DNA of 64,000 nt from Eledone cirrhosa (GCA_964016885.1 OZ024746.1:94426001-94490000); one strand, 5' to 3'. Positions 39,486 to 55,982 are shown, numbered from the stretch's first letter. Notes: generated by a model not told the origin, from the sequence alone. Numbers and translations are program-made.

Positions 39486-40134
39486 GAATATATGGATAGT
39501 ATATTTGACAATATACCGTATGTTTAATTAAAAACATTTAGAAGACATTACGCTATCAGTTTTAAAGTAATGACTATGTCACTTACTTATTTTCGGTGGA
39601 AGAAGGGAGAGAAGCTGATAGTCTGTTTCACGCTGATTGGCGTTCATCAGAACCACGCACTCCCCTGCTTCCGCCGAAAATTATAGAAGCTGGATTCTTA
39701 TAGAATTCCAGTAATAATCAGGAGCTGATTATACAGAGCGATTGCCGGTCTAGGGAAGGGGTAAAGAAAGGCCGGTCTGGCTGTATGGGAAAGTAGAGGA
39801 AAGGACTATAAATACCATAAATGAGAGGAAAGGGAGGGAAAAAGCAAGGATTCTTGGGGCAAAAAAGAAGGGTGTATTAATAATTGACATAAACTATAGG
39901 ATTTCTCTTATGCCAACAATTAAAATGTAAATATCCCAGTTTGTATGATTGCTCATATATTACTCCGAATATATTACTCCGAATATACATATATAGCATA
40001 GGAAACCTGGACTTCCACATTAAGCTGGATTTTCTGGAACTATAAAAATGCTATTGTCGTTGTTATTGACGGAACAGTAAACATAATTGTTTCTACTTTT
40101 GGCACAAGGCCAGCAATTATTCCAGTGTATTACT

Positions 40135-41224
40135 GGTGCGCTGAGGCTACGGCATCTCCAGGTATTGCTCACCCACCGACCGGTGTGGACACCGTTTGTG
40201 AGACAGGCTTTCCAACAACTTGTCTCGCTGACGGAGTTGCAGTCCTGGGTCAAGCGAAGACCGAAGAAGATGGGCGCCTGGCACATTGAATGCGCCCAGG
40301 TGCTCACAGTCCTCTGTCGAGCGGGCACAGCAATCAGTGGAGACTCCACTTCGACATTCTATAGAGGGTTAGTACTGTACAAGTGCGACGACGTGCTCGG
40401 AGAGACTCTGGGCGTCGAAGACGACGAGCTCACCAGTCTGTTCAGTAGGACTTTCCGCCCGGGACCTTTGGACAACTTCCAGAGATCCCTGGCCTGGGAG
40501 TGCCTCCGAGAAGCTCTATCCGTTCGAGACAAGATCTACAGGCATGGACAGGCAGGGATCCTTCCAAGAGGACGTGTCCAAGATGCAAGCAGGACATTGA
40601 AAACGTCTTGCACGCAATTGTACACTGCCCAGGCGTAAGCAACCTGTGGAACTATGCAGAACAACTGATGTCGTGTATGGACAAATCCAGTTGACTGCCG
40701 AGTTCATAGTAAGGATCAAACCGCCAGCCTCTTTCAAAAACGAAAGAGAGGCGGTTTTCCTCTGTACAGTGGCTATGGTGAAAGAGGTTATATGGTGGAC
40801 GAGATTGAGAGGACTGAGGACAGATGCCTTACTCTCCGGACAACAATTGATTCCCTTCTTTAAGTATCACTTTAGAAGGAGAATATGAGTGGAGAGAGAG
40901 GCACTGCACCCCAGTAAATTTACTGAAAGGTGGGTGAACGAAGCGAAAATGGCCCTAGTGATTGGGCCTTCTCTGTTTATAAGCCTATAGGTTAAAGAAG
41001 AGAGCAAAAGGAAGAAGGGAGCACTTGCACAACACGCTCCTGAAGTTGAGGGTTGTTCTATTGACGGGGTATTAAACAACCCATTTGTGGCGCCTCTCCC
41101 CTATTGGGGATTTCGATTGTTATAATTGTTTGTTTCAATATTTTTACACGACTGTATGTAAAATCCCCGGCATGTGTCTTTGTATTGTCCCCTTTTCATG
41201 TGCGCCCTTGTGGCAAATAAAGAA
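40135..41224 (+). mobile_element. 5'-truncated Tx1-like LINE 3' part
   Basis: Highly similar to 27966-28725; ends GCAAATAAAGAAAT. Confidence 0.9.
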
Positions 41225-41259
41225 ATATATATTTACTATTATATGTTCATGGTAAAGGC

Positions 41260-41426
41260 TTAACCTCACATAATTATCTCACATAATATCGAATCTATGA
41301 CATTTTGATATTTATTTTGAGAACAATACTTTAACATAAGTATGAGTGGCTGGTTATGGCCAGTTTGGACAGAAAAAGCTGAGAGAATTCTAGCCGGATA
41401 TGGCCGGTTTAAGTGCTAAAGGGTTA
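41260..41426. mobile_element. piggyBac-like MITE end
   Basis: Terminus GCTAAAGGG-TTAA; left end TTAACCT is degenerate. Confidence 0.4.
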
Positions 41427-41943
41427 AAATTAGGTTGTGTTATTAAGGGTGCTGCTATTTCTAGCAGATATAGCGACCATGTTCAGGCCAGGCCATTGAC
41501 TTTTCCGGAAGTGTTTAGTCCTGTGAATTATCACTTCTGTCACAACATTCCACCTTCCTCCAAAGATCATTAATAATGATAATTAATATAAATTTCTTAC
41601 ATTGGCAGAATGCCTTACATTTTAGCACCAACTTAACTACTTGTTAAGACTATACAAGGCTTTCTGTAAACTGCTCGAAGAGGGGAAAACACTGCCAGTG
41701 AAATATGCCAAACACACAAATGCAGCCATTAAGTGCAACTATATCCGTATAAATCTTTCTCCCCCCCTCTCTCTTTCTCTCATTCTCTTTCTTTCTCTCA
41801 TATTGTCTTTCATATTCTCCTCTTTCTCTCATTCTCTCTCTCTCTCTCTCTCTCTCACTCTCTCACTCTCTCTTTCTATCTCTCTCTCTCTCAGACACAC
41901 ACACACACTATCTCTCATATTTCTCACTCGCCCTTCTCTCTCC

Positions 41944-41976
<33 letters not shown>

Positions 41977-42030
41977 TATCTCTATCTCTCATATTGTCTT
42001 TCATATACCTCCTCTCACCTTCTCTCTCTT

Positions 42031-42064
<34 letters not shown>

Positions 42065-42133
42065 ATTCTCCCTCTGACACGCACTCTCTCTATCTCTCAT
42101 ATTGTCTTTCATATACCTCCTATCACACTCTCG

Positions 42134-42202
<69 letters not shown>

Positions 42203-42451
42203 AACACACTTCTCTCTCTCTCGAACACACTTCTCTCTCTCTCTCTCTCTCTCTTCCGCCATGGAAGTGTGTAAAATTCTCTGAAGTTCGTGATTTTTAC
42301 TTTGTTTATGTGAAATGTAGACACATATTTTTATTTTATGTTTAGTGTGATATATATAATATATAATGTATACATATATATATGTATATATATATACATA
42401 CACACACACAAACACACACACAAACACACACACACACACACACACACGCAT

Positions 42452-42497
<46 letters not shown>

Positions 42498-42501
<4 letters not shown>

Positions 42502-44065
42502 CCTCCTCAGCATCAGGATGTGACTGGTGGTTGATCTTCCCTCTCTGAAGCCGTTCTGGTTGTCCCTGAGCTTCTTCTCCATCTCAGGCTGGATCCTGTT
42601 AAGAATCATCCTGGTGAGGGTCTTTGCCACAAGTGACGTCAGTGTGATCCCCTGTAGTTGTTGGTGTTAGGGAGATCTCCCTTCTTTGGCACTGGGACGA
42701 TGTTACCGATCCTCAACTGATTCGGGCAACTCCTTTCTCCAGTGCCCGAATCAGTGCCCTCTGATGCCACTCCATCTTCTCCGTGAGCTTTACCCTCCTT
42801 GATCTTCTTCTTGGCTCTCTGAAGCTCCTCTCTGGTGAAGGGCTCTGTCTCAATATCCAGTTCTTCAAACAGCCGCCTGATCTCCCCAGTGCTCTGGGCT
42901 GTGGAGGGTGGCTCTCCTAGTAGGGTCCTAAAATTAGAGGGAGCTAGAGCAAAGTGCCTTCTTGCGGTCATGGTTTTCATTGACTTTAGGAAGGCCTTTG
43001 ATTGATTCTGTGGACCGTCACTGCCTGATGAAGATCTTACAGGCTTATGGAATCCCCAAGAAGATAGTGGACCTGATATCACTGCTGTACACCAACACCA
43101 AAGCCCAAGTCATTACACCTGATGGGATGACAGAGTTCTTTGAGATACTGGTTGGAGTGCTCCATGGAGATACATTGGCTCCCTACTTTTTTATCATCGT
43201 AGTGGACTATTGTATGCGCCTTGCACTGGAGAAACACCAGGACTCTGGCTTTACTGTAGCACCGGCTCAGAGCAGGAGAGTTAAGGCGAAAAAGATATCA
43301 GATGCTGAATTTGCCGATGACTTAGTTTTGGTGACAAATACAGTGACGGAGGCAGAGGATTTGATGCAGGAGGTTGAGACTGTGTCGATGAGTGTGGGGC
43401 TGAGAATGAATGAGTCTAAAACAAAATATCTGATAGAGAATGTTGAGAAGCCAGAGGGGATCACTAATGTAGGCGGGAAGCCGCTAGAATTGGTTGAGGA
43501 CTTCCTGTATTTGGGGGAAAAGATTGAGAATACGGGAGATGATGGGGTTGAGAGGAAGAGCAAAGCTGGGCGGCGTGCCACAGCTTGAGATCGGTGTGGA
43601 AGTCGGACCTTCGTAAAGACCTGAAAATCCGCCTCTTCATTGCTGTAGTGGAGTCTGCGCTGCTGTACGGGTCTGAGACTTGGACACTGACCAAGAAACT
43701 CACTCAGATGGTGGATGGGTGCTACACGAGAATGCTGAGGATGGCTCTGAACATTAATCAGTATAGACTGAGGGTGAAAAACTCAGAGCTGTATGGGAGC
43801 TTCCCAAAAGTCAGCTCAAAAGTGACACAGGAGATTGGGGTTAGCTGGACATGCTCACCGACATCCAGAGTTGACATTGCACTCAGTGCTCCTGTGGAAG
43901 ACCCTACATGGGTACACTGGAAGAGGAAAACCAAGGTTAACGTATGTTGATGCCCTAAGGAAAGACACTGGTCTGTTGGAGACGCAGGACATGGCAGCGA
44001 TAGTGAGGGACAGAGACCGCTGGAGAGAACTCGTCCATGGATCTCGGGAATTTTACTCGCCCTAG
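42498..44065 (+). mobile_element. RTE-clade LINE with inverted 5' segment (42498-42932 on -)
   Basis: Minus segment: PVPKKGD..NNYRG..QNGFREGRSTTSHILMLRRI. Plus segment continues LEGARAK..FIDFRKAFD, GDTLAP, FADD, LLYGSETW; stop at 44065 next to (TA)n. Confidence 0.92.
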
Positions 44066-44099
44066 AAATACATGTATATATATATATATATTATATATA

Positions 44100-44164
<65 letters not shown>

Positions 44165-44175
44165 AATATATATAT

Positions 44176-44347
<172 letters not shown>

Positions 44348-44617
44348 CCAAAATTAAATTAAGGGTGTCATGTCTGAGAGACATGCGCCATATTCAGTGC
44401 AGAATAAGGTCTATGATTCCAATGAATAGATCCGAGCATTTCATATCAACTAGAAATAGATTGACATATATATATAAAATAAACATATGAAACAATTAAT
44501 CATTTTAAAAGGGACCTACCTAGCTGTGTGTGCTTACACACTTTACAAATTATTCCCTCTGATTGTTTCATATGTTTATTTTATATATATATGTCAATCT
44601 ATTTCTAGTTGATACAC

Positions 44618-44712
<95 letters not shown>

Positions 44713-44713
<1 letters not shown>

Positions 44714-44980
44714 GTGGTTACACAACAGTTAGTTCACCATACCGAGAACAATTGTTTCACCTTAGCGGATCCTCAGCTCGTAATCAGTTAGTTCACCATA
44801 CCGAGAACAATTGTTTCACCTTAGCGGATCCTCAGCTCGTAAATACATTACGAGCTGAGGATCCGCTAAGGTGAAACAATTGTTCTCGGTATGGTGAACT
44901 AACTGTTGTGTAACCACTTCTACCTAACTCGTCCCATGGACTGAGTGCTCTACCACTACGGATATTACCTTCCAGTGTTC

Positions 44981-44984
<4 letters not shown>
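44713..44984. mobile_element. Family G fold-back mini-element with three HHRs: 44743-44780 (-), 44802-44839 (-), 44851-44888 (+)
   Basis: cgag-CTGAGGA-tcc(gctaa)ggt-GAAA-caattg-TT-ctcg; 59-bp tandem duplication in the left arm; ~65-nt right tail; (TA)n flanks. Confidence 0.85.
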
Positions 44985-47168
<2,184 letters not shown>

Positions 47169-47307
47169 TATATACATATATATATATATTAGTTTGTGAG
47201 TGTGTTCTGTTATTAATTCTGGCAATATTATTACACAAATATGACCCTCCCCAAGTATAACAATATATATATATATCTATATATATATACTTGTATATAT
47301 ATACATG

Positions 47308-47339
<32 letters not shown>

Positions 47340-47342
47340 CAT

Positions 47343-47855
47343 ATAAGTTAAAACAATGAAATAAAAATTCAAGTCATTAGAAATATACTTCACTGCTTTA
47401 CGATCATTTCTAGGTGAAGATAATACATCGTAACTATACATCGTTATCGATCTATGTAAGGTTAGTTACAAAATATCAGATAAGGAAAATATTTAGTTAT
47501 ATGTATATCACCATCTGTTGTCAAAAGCAAATTTGAAAACAGCTGGTGATATACATGTAACTAAATATTTTCTTTATCTGATATTTTGTAACTAACCTTA
47601 CATAGATCGATAACGAAGTATGGTTACGATGTATTATCATCACCTAGAAACGATCGTAAAGCAGTGAAGTATATTTCTAATGACTTTAATTTTGATTTCA
47701 TTGTTTTAACTTATGTCATGACTCTGTTTTTGTTTTAATGTTTTATTGTTTTCCGGGATTTATTTTAACCTACAACATTTTCAACATATGGATTACATTG
47801 AGTTCTTCATGCAGACTAGACCCCACAACTTACCGTGGATATCTCTGAGTCTCTC
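47343..47855. mobile_element. Fold-back element (arms ~47343-47525 and ~47533-47714, right tail to ~47855) in (TA)n
   Basis: ~180-bp imperfect inverted repeat; no convincing HHR core found. Confidence 0.7.
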
Positions 47856-48078
47856 TATATATATATACATATGTATATATATATATATATATATATACAT
47901 ATGTATATATATTTATATATATATTTATATATATATACACATATATACATATGTATATATATATATATATATACATATATACATATGTATAAATATATAT
48001 ATATTAGTTTCAGAAGATCCCGTTAAGGGTGAAAGCAGCGATTCTTTGCTTAAACTTTAATCTGTTATTTTAATAAAT

Positions 48079-48108
<30 letters not shown>

Positions 48109-48110
<2 letters not shown>

Positions 48111-48790
48111 CAAGCAGATTTACCCGACGTTGCTCGGGGTTGTAATTATGCTAAGAATATAGAGCTAGGAAGTAAAAGAAGAACATTATTTGTCCCGACC
48201 TGTCAAAATAAGCAAAAGTCTTCAATAATTAATGCAAACGAATATTTAGTGCAATCGTTGTACACATAAAACTATGTTGATAATGAAGGAAAACACTGAA
48301 CAGGATGTAGTTATACAAATGATTAAAGACAATACAAGTTGCAAATCTGTAATAAAACAGGCAGTTTTGCTAAAGTACAAAAAGTTGTACTGAAAGCAGA
48401 GTTATATACAAGCAAAAAACAATGAGAGTAGAATAAGAGAAAATCTATTCTTTGAGAGCATCCTTTGCTGTGTATGGTTAAATTTTTAACTTATAATCCA
48501 AAATATCTTGCATGACATATTCATTGGTATGTTTTGTAATGAGTAAGGTGAAGTCATGGCAGAACTGTAATAAGTGTTTTTGTTAACACTAAAGCACTTC
48601 AGGATAGACGATATTCTTTGTTTTTCTTTTCGGAACAAACGCAAAGAGATTATCTCGACTGCCAACTTGTGAGCAGGCAACGTATATTTAAAGGTTAAAC
48701 AAGGTTCAATGAATAAATCAAAGAATTAGTTTTACAATAGATTGGAAGCACTCAACAAGTTGGTTTTCCGGAGTTATTAATATTAATTCA
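48109..48790 (-). mobile_element. Possible non-autonomous Helitron
   Basis: Minus strand CCCGAGCAACGTCGGG hairpin followed by TAAATCTGCTTGT, resembling the hairpin plus CTAGT 3' end; distal boundary uncertain. Confidence 0.4.
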
Positions 48791-48830
48791 AAATATTAAC
48801 AAAAATAGAACTTCTTGTGATCAAGTATAT

Positions 48831-48892
48831 ATTATTATACATATTTCAGAGGTACTGAGCTAACTTCAACAGTACGTCCTCATCAGATAAAA
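48831..48892 (-). ncRNA. Hammerhead ribozyme (same family as 13192-13253)
   Basis: ttttat-CTGATGA-ggacgtactg..cagtacctct-GAAA-tatgta-TA-ataat. Confidence 0.8.
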
Positions 48893-49278
48893 TAAGATGA
48901 TGCATGACATACTCTGACATACTCTGACATAGTTGATATGTTAAGATCCAGTCATGGTAGTGAGTAAGATATGACAAAACTCAATATTTATATACCTTAA
49001 GATTGATACATGAAAAAACTTACATATAATACATATAATACAGATGGTGCGTGTAAGAAAGCTTAAAAATACATAATAGTAATTTACATAGCTGTTATAC
49101 ATATATATATATATAAAAGTCATATGCCATGGATAACGTTCAGTTCAGTACTGTGTATATTACCATTTTGTCTGAGTTCCTGAATTCCTAGCAAGACGTC
49201 AACCCGCTCTCATAAACATACACACCTGCTTAGTTTACATCTGGGATATTATTTATAACTATTAATATCAGTTATGTA

Positions 49279-49690
49279 GGGCGGTGGATAGGCAGTATCG
49301 GTAGAGGGTCGGACGCGATACTTTCCAGCATAGAGTTACGTCCCTTTACGGTCTGAGTACAAATCCCGCCCAGGTTACCTTTGCCTTTCCTCCTTACGGG
49401 GTCAATAAAATAAAGTACCAGTAATGCACTGGGTAATTGCTGGCCTTGTGCCAAAAGTAGAAACAATTATAGGGTGGTGGATTGGCAGTATCGGTAGAGG
49501 GTCGGGCGCCATGCTTTGCAGCATAGAGTTACGGACTTTTACGGCCTGAGTTCAAATCCGGCCGAGGTTAACTTTCCCTTTCATTCTTACGGGGTCGATA
49601 AAATAAAGCACCAGTAACGTAGTGGGGTCGATTTAATCGACTCCCCCCCCCCCAATATTGCTGGCCTTGTACCTATATAAGAAACCATTA
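49279..49690 (+). mobile_element. Two tandem tRNA-derived SINEs (49279-49470 and 49472-49690)
   Basis: Two heads, cores and tails. Confidence 0.85.
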
Positions 49691-49907
49691 ATACAAGTTA
49701 TGTGACGTCAATATCCGCATTGTATGACTATGTAATTACTTTCATTTTTAGAAACAGATTGAATTTTTTTTATTGTTGTTGTTGTTTAGCTTCAGATCGA
49801 GTCTCATAAAACACACCGATGATCAAAGGCATTCCAACAACGGTGATATGGCGTCTGCTTTCTTTTCTTCAGGTATTGTATATCTGCTACTAAATTATTA
49901 AATCTGT

Positions 49908-49950
<43 letters not shown>

Positions 49951-49978
49951 CACACACATACATACCTACATACCTACA

Positions 49979-50017
<39 letters not shown>

Positions 50018-51139
50018 TGCTCTCAAAGTTGGTTGAGCTGCTCTACATGGAGGAGTTAGTGAGCTATTTCTAGCTATAAACAACATTGCTGTCTATTTGA
50101 TGTAGAAATGTACATGGTATCTCATTTATTTACTTAACTTAACAACACATACGATTCAGTTTGCAATTGAACTATCAATGGATGGTTTCTACTTTGTAGT
50201 ATTAAAAAGACATGCCTACTGATAAGAACCAAGTCTTTTATTTGATAATTATCTTGTTTATTTTAACTATGGAAATAAGTATTCTTTGTCTTTTTTTGGT
50301 TTTGAAACAGTTGTTTATGTATAATTAGTAATGTAAGTACACTCGGGCCTCGAATAGTCGCCCCCACTCCGTTTATTAATTTTTCAGATTTTTTCCAAAA
50401 CCCCAGCTCTTATTTCAACCCGCGCTTACTAAATCTTGCTAATATATCTCCAGCGAAATTTTATTTTAAGTGCTAGCATCGCTGCGAGAATCAATTTTCT
50501 TTAGACATTAAATAAACATTAGACATGACAAAATAAGTATATTACTAAAAATCCCAGTATGTATTGGCGTCTCAATATTCCAAAAATAAAATTTCTTTTA
50601 CAATCTTACTGTTGCCAAAAGCATAGAATTTGTCTCTAGCTTACAATTCCCCTCTTCGCCACCCCTATCTGAACTCTTGACCAGTTCATTAACACAATTG
50701 ATATTTACAGAATATCTCCTTTGTCCCTAAAAACAATTTTGTTCTGTGTGAAAAAACACACCTACCACCACAGCCGCTGCTACTACCATGATTACACCGA
50801 TACACAAGAGCTCATTTTTCCAGTCTCCTTCAAGACAAGGAAGGTGACAAAAATGTGTCTCAACACTTAATTTTAAATCTTTAATTTTTAGTTTTTAATT
50901 CTTATTAATTCTTTTTAATTTTAATACTCAACATTTGATAAGATGAATTTTACCATACACGAAACCGGTTATACTTTATATACATTATAAAACTCATTTT
51001 TTAAAAAGAATTGTCCCTCATTTTTTCAATGAATCAAAAAAAAGAAAAGAAAAGAAACGAAAAACAGACCGTTAAATATATTTTTCGTGCTATTTCCAAT
51101 TTCACCTCTCTCTCTCTATCTCTCTCTCTCTCTCTCTCG

Positions 51140-51245
<106 letters not shown>

Positions 51246-52375
51246 TATCAGGAATGAATTGGTAATAACTACCTTGCTTTCATTAAGGGTTTTAGGTACC
51301 CATGCAGTCGCGAGAAAACACGGATACCTTCTCGATTTCCTCTATCGTGATCCAGTGGAACATTCAAGATGTGACAGCTGGAAGGGGAGAAAGGGCTATA
51401 CCAACACTGAGCTGGTACTTTCTTTATTCACCCCGAAAGGATGAAACTTTAACTCAAAACGTTGTGTCCTTGAGCAGAACACTTTATTTCACCTTGCTCC
51501 AGTTTACTCAACCTTGGAACGGTCCGGGTAAAGGTTGGAAAGGCGAAATCCTTTCGTGTGGACAGAACCTGAGATATAGATTTAATGTGTTGCTCGGTCT
51601 AACACCACAAACACCTGACCCTTACTAGTCTTTCAGCTTATCTCCTTCACCATCCTCCGAGATGACTCATTCGTTATTCGGGATCATGCAACAAAAACCT
51701 TTACTTTAAAATTTCGATGGATTTCAATCCTCGTTAGGGACATATTATTTCACTGTACAGAACTCTAGGCGTAAGTCGTCCCGTGGTCCCAGGACAGAAT
51801 AAAGAATAAAGAAAGCATTCGATAGCTTGGTGAATCTTTTACTGCTGCAGTAATCTACAATTCGAGGCTTTTTTCCTTGTCCTTCCCCACCGTCAACAAT
51901 AATGCAGGCCTCACATAAAGATCATGTCTTATGTTTTCCTTTCCCTGACTTAGTCGAACTAAAAAGTCAGAAAGCACTTAAGAACTTGTTCCTTCTCCTC
52001 AATCTTTATTTCTCTCTTCACTCCATAGCAACCCGTTATCAAACGATCCATAAGGAAGACAAGGAGAGAAAGAAAGGGAATGAGAGAGACTAAGAGAGGA
52101 ATAAAGAGAGATTGAGAAAGGGTGTGGGAGAGAGGAAAAGATAAGCCTGATAGCAAATGGACAGCTGGCCACACGAGCATATTGACCCAATAGACGTTAA
52201 GCCAGACGTCACACAGCGAGCTCTTCAACAAGATGACAACAGGGACCACGCACTTTTAAGTCCTCTCTTTTCACAGTATGAGTTGATATGGGTGACTGCT
52301 TGAGTATGTTTGTCAGTGGATAGGTGGCGTGAATGTTTGAATCGAGAACTGAAAGGGCGGCGGCGGCGGAGAGAT

Positions 52376-52423
<48 letters not shown>

Positions 52424-52519
52424 ATAATGGCTTGGCACGTGTCAGTTCCTACTACGAATCCACCTCCACACCTCCATCTCTATGGTGTATTTGTGTGTCG
52501 TCATGCTTATGAAAGTGTT

Positions 52520-52554
<35 letters not shown>

Positions 52555-52587
52555 CCTCACATACAGAGCCACATAAGGAACTACAAC

Positions 52588-52632
<45 letters not shown>

Positions 52633-52633
<1 letters not shown>

Positions 52634-52820
52634 ATTGTTTCTACTTTAGGCACAAGGCCAGCAATTACCCAGTGCATTACTGGTACTTTATTTTATCGAC
52701 CCCGTAAGGATGAAAGGCAAAGTCAACCTCGGCGGGATTTGAACTCAGATCGTAAAGGGACGTAACTATGCTGGAAAGCATGGCGTCCGACCCTCTACCG
52801 ATACTGCCAATCCACCGCCC
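52633..52820 (-). mobile_element. tRNA-derived SINE; further copies at 53160-53487, 57265-57375, 59133-59265 (all -)
   Basis: Clean head, core and tail. Confidence 0.85.
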
Positions 52821-53492
52821 TATATATATATAATGAAGGAATTGTGGTAAGGAACCAGATGGACCATAACGCACCAGAGTACTCAATACTTAGTGTAATA
52901 GAGTGGGTAATAGGAAAAAGTATGACCCCGACGGCAGAGCTCAAGCCGTTTCGACGGCTACTTCTGGACTATTTCTGGAGTCCAGAAATAGCCGTCGAAA
53001 CGGCTTGAGCTCTGCCGTCGGGGTCATACTTTTTCCTATATATATATATATATATATATAAATATATGCATACATATATACATAACTTCCCTTTTTTCCT
53101 AATTTCCTTTTTCGTTTAATTATGCATAATCTGCTGCCCCCCCCCCCCTTGACCTTCAATATTTTATCGATCTCGTAAGGATGAAAGGCAAAGCTAACCT
53201 CGGCTGGATTTGAACTCAGATCATAAAGAGCCATTAAGAATGTTGTCCGACGCTCTACCGATTCTGTCAATCAACAATAATAATTTCTAATATAGGCACA
53301 AGGTCGCAATTTTTGGGGAGGGGGGAGTCGATTAAATCGCTTCCAGTGCGTGACTGGAACTTTATTTTATCAACCCCGTGAGGATGAAAAGCAAAGCTAA
53401 CCTCGGCGGAATTTGAACTCAGATCATAAAGGGCCGTAACTCTATGCTGCAAAGCATGGCGTCCGACCGTCTACCGATACTGCCAATTATTA

Positions 53493-54025
53493 ATGCTTTC
53501 TTCATTAGCCACACAGGGGTCACATTAATGAAACATTAAATAGGGTACAGGACGATACAGTGTGGGTCGTTTTGTGTAAAATAGATTTATAACAGATATT
53601 AAGAAAATAAACATTTAAAAAAAGAAACATAAATTCGCCAAATATGAGGAGACTCCAAGGGTTTCTTGTAGAGAAATCCCTCAAAAGCCACAGTCACGCT
53701 GACCTCCTTCAATACTAAAGCACACGTTCAGGTCAGGCCCATTCACACGGGCTATTCTTGCCTCTCTCATCCATCTTTCAACAAACTAGCTGGGAAGCAG
53801 CACTTCCATCTCCACCATGAAAAAGTTAATGAGAGCGTCATCGAAGAGGAAAGTTCCCGTCTTCAACTCTTTCAGACGCGTGCACCATACGACCTCTTTC
53901 ACCATGGCCACCATGCAGATAAAAACTGACTGCCCTTCCAGTTAAGGGACGGCGGTGGGGAAATTTTCATGATGGACTTAGCTGATAGCTGAATCCGCCC
54001 TACATGCGACAGCAGGGAGCAGGAA
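53493..54025 (-). mobile_element. Older Tx1-like LINE 3' fragment
   Basis: LLSHVGRIQLSAKSIMKISPPPS homologous to the ORF2 tail; ends GTGGCTAATGAAGAAAG. Confidence 0.75.
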
Positions 54026-54219
54026 CGAAGTATCAATATAGAATCTTTATGTTTATTCTCCGGTGATGCGCGTTTCGCGATCAATGAGCTCAAGGTAAGA
54101 TCGGTATCGATCGGGCCGACTCTGTAAAAGTAGATAGGGAGAAAGGGAGTGGAAGAAAGGGGGGGAGAGAGTAGAAAGTAGCGAAATAGGTAGATAGAAG
54201 GGGAGAGAAGAATGGTCAA

Positions 54220-54265
<46 letters not shown>

Positions 54266-54345
54266 GGGGACAATAAGAAAAAAGCAGAAAATGCTAATAG
54301 GAATTTCTCATAGAATAAAAACAAAATATTTTTGTAAAAGTAATT

Positions 54346-54399
54346 TATTGTACCGGTTTCAGCCGATAATATTTCGGCTTCTTCATGCTTCAGGAAATA
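54346..54399 (-). ncRNA. Disrupted hammerhead motif (family K)
   Basis: CTGAAG(catgaag)A-agccga(aatatta)tcggct-GAAA-ccgg-TA-caata; 7-nt duplication in the core. Confidence 0.55.
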
Positions 54400-54538
54400 T
54401 GATAAAAAGTATATATTAAAATAAGGGTGTATATTAATTAGAGAAGGGTATTAGAGAACATAGTTTACTTATATATAAAAGTTCACTTTTCGTTTATCCC
54501 TTTCTCTGTCTCTCTCCTCCTTAGTCATTTGGTGGTAG

Positions 54539-54584
<46 letters not shown>

Positions 54585-54592
54585 AGTATATA

Positions 54593-54684
<92 letters not shown>

Positions 54685-54807
54685 TATATATATATGTATA
54701 TATATATGTATATATATATGTATATATATATATATATCAAAACATGACAAATAGATAGCAAAAAACAAACAAGAAGATTATAAATTACTTATTGGCAAAT
54801 TGAATAT

Positions 54808-54873
<66 letters not shown>

Positions 54874-55241
54874 AATCTACTTGTTTGCTTTTTGCTATCT
54901 ATTTGTCATGTTCTGAGGCCAGATACACGAGCTATATGTTAGGTACAAGAGATCTATAACGGATATAGGAGGTGTATGTCGGGTTCAGAAGCATTATGCC
55001 GGGTACAAGAGTGATATATTGAGTAAAGGCGTTGTATCCCGGTTACACAAAAGAATGAGAAAGAGACTTAAAAATAAGTGGGTAGGTAGAGCAGTATTGA
55101 GAACTGAGAGAGCGGGAGAAAAAAAGATAGATAAATGAATATAGACATATATATTACCGAAACAATAAAGATTTCCAGAAGTTGACCAATCATGAAGGTA
55201 ATGTCCATTTTCCCGCTGTACTGGTCTTGAGCGTCCCCTTT

Positions 55242-55297
<56 letters not shown>

Positions 55298-55338
55298 ATA
55301 CATTTGAAGACTAAAATTCGAAGAGGGCTCGATAAGGG

Positions 55339-55418
<80 letters not shown>

Positions 55419-55526
55419 GGGACGATCGATGTGGTGATCAAATCTGACTCTGAAATTGCGCGGTTTCAGAGTCACGTTGTATGTCCAATAAATTCCTTTC
55501 GTCGCAACACTGATTCTCTTTTTTCT

Positions 55527-55589
<63 letters not shown>

Positions 55590-55591
<2 letters not shown>

Positions 55592-55978
55592 TTTCGCTTC
55601 AAGCATAGCTTTATACAAATATGGATAAAAATTTCGTATTTCTAAAGAAACACGGTTTTAGGAAGCCGTAGCTATGCAAACACCGGGGCTAACGCCCTCT
55701 GGTGGTGTCCAGCAGAAGCAAGGGGGGCAACCGTCTATGCATTTCAGGCTTGACTGGCCTTCTTCAGGATGGTCCCTCCCACCGCTTGCTACTGCTGGAC
55801 TAGGAGACAGGCGAGAATATATAGTTTTCTCGTCTGTGTAAATGAGGTGATTAATCTCATTTGCATAAGAAGCTCACGAAGGCCAATCAAGCATGAAATG
55901 CATAGACGGTTGTCCCCCTTGCTTCTGCTGGATACCACCAGAGGGCGTTAGCCCCGGTGTTTGCATAGCTACGGCTTC

Positions 55979-55982
<4 letters not shown>
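55590..55982. mobile_element. Family H fold-back element with HHR at 55731-55772 (-)
   Basis: Arms 55659-55761 and 55879-55982; ccatc-CTGAAGA-aggc(cagtcaa)gcct-GAAA-tgca-TA-gacgg; ~68-nt left tail; (TA)n flanks. Confidence 0.85.
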
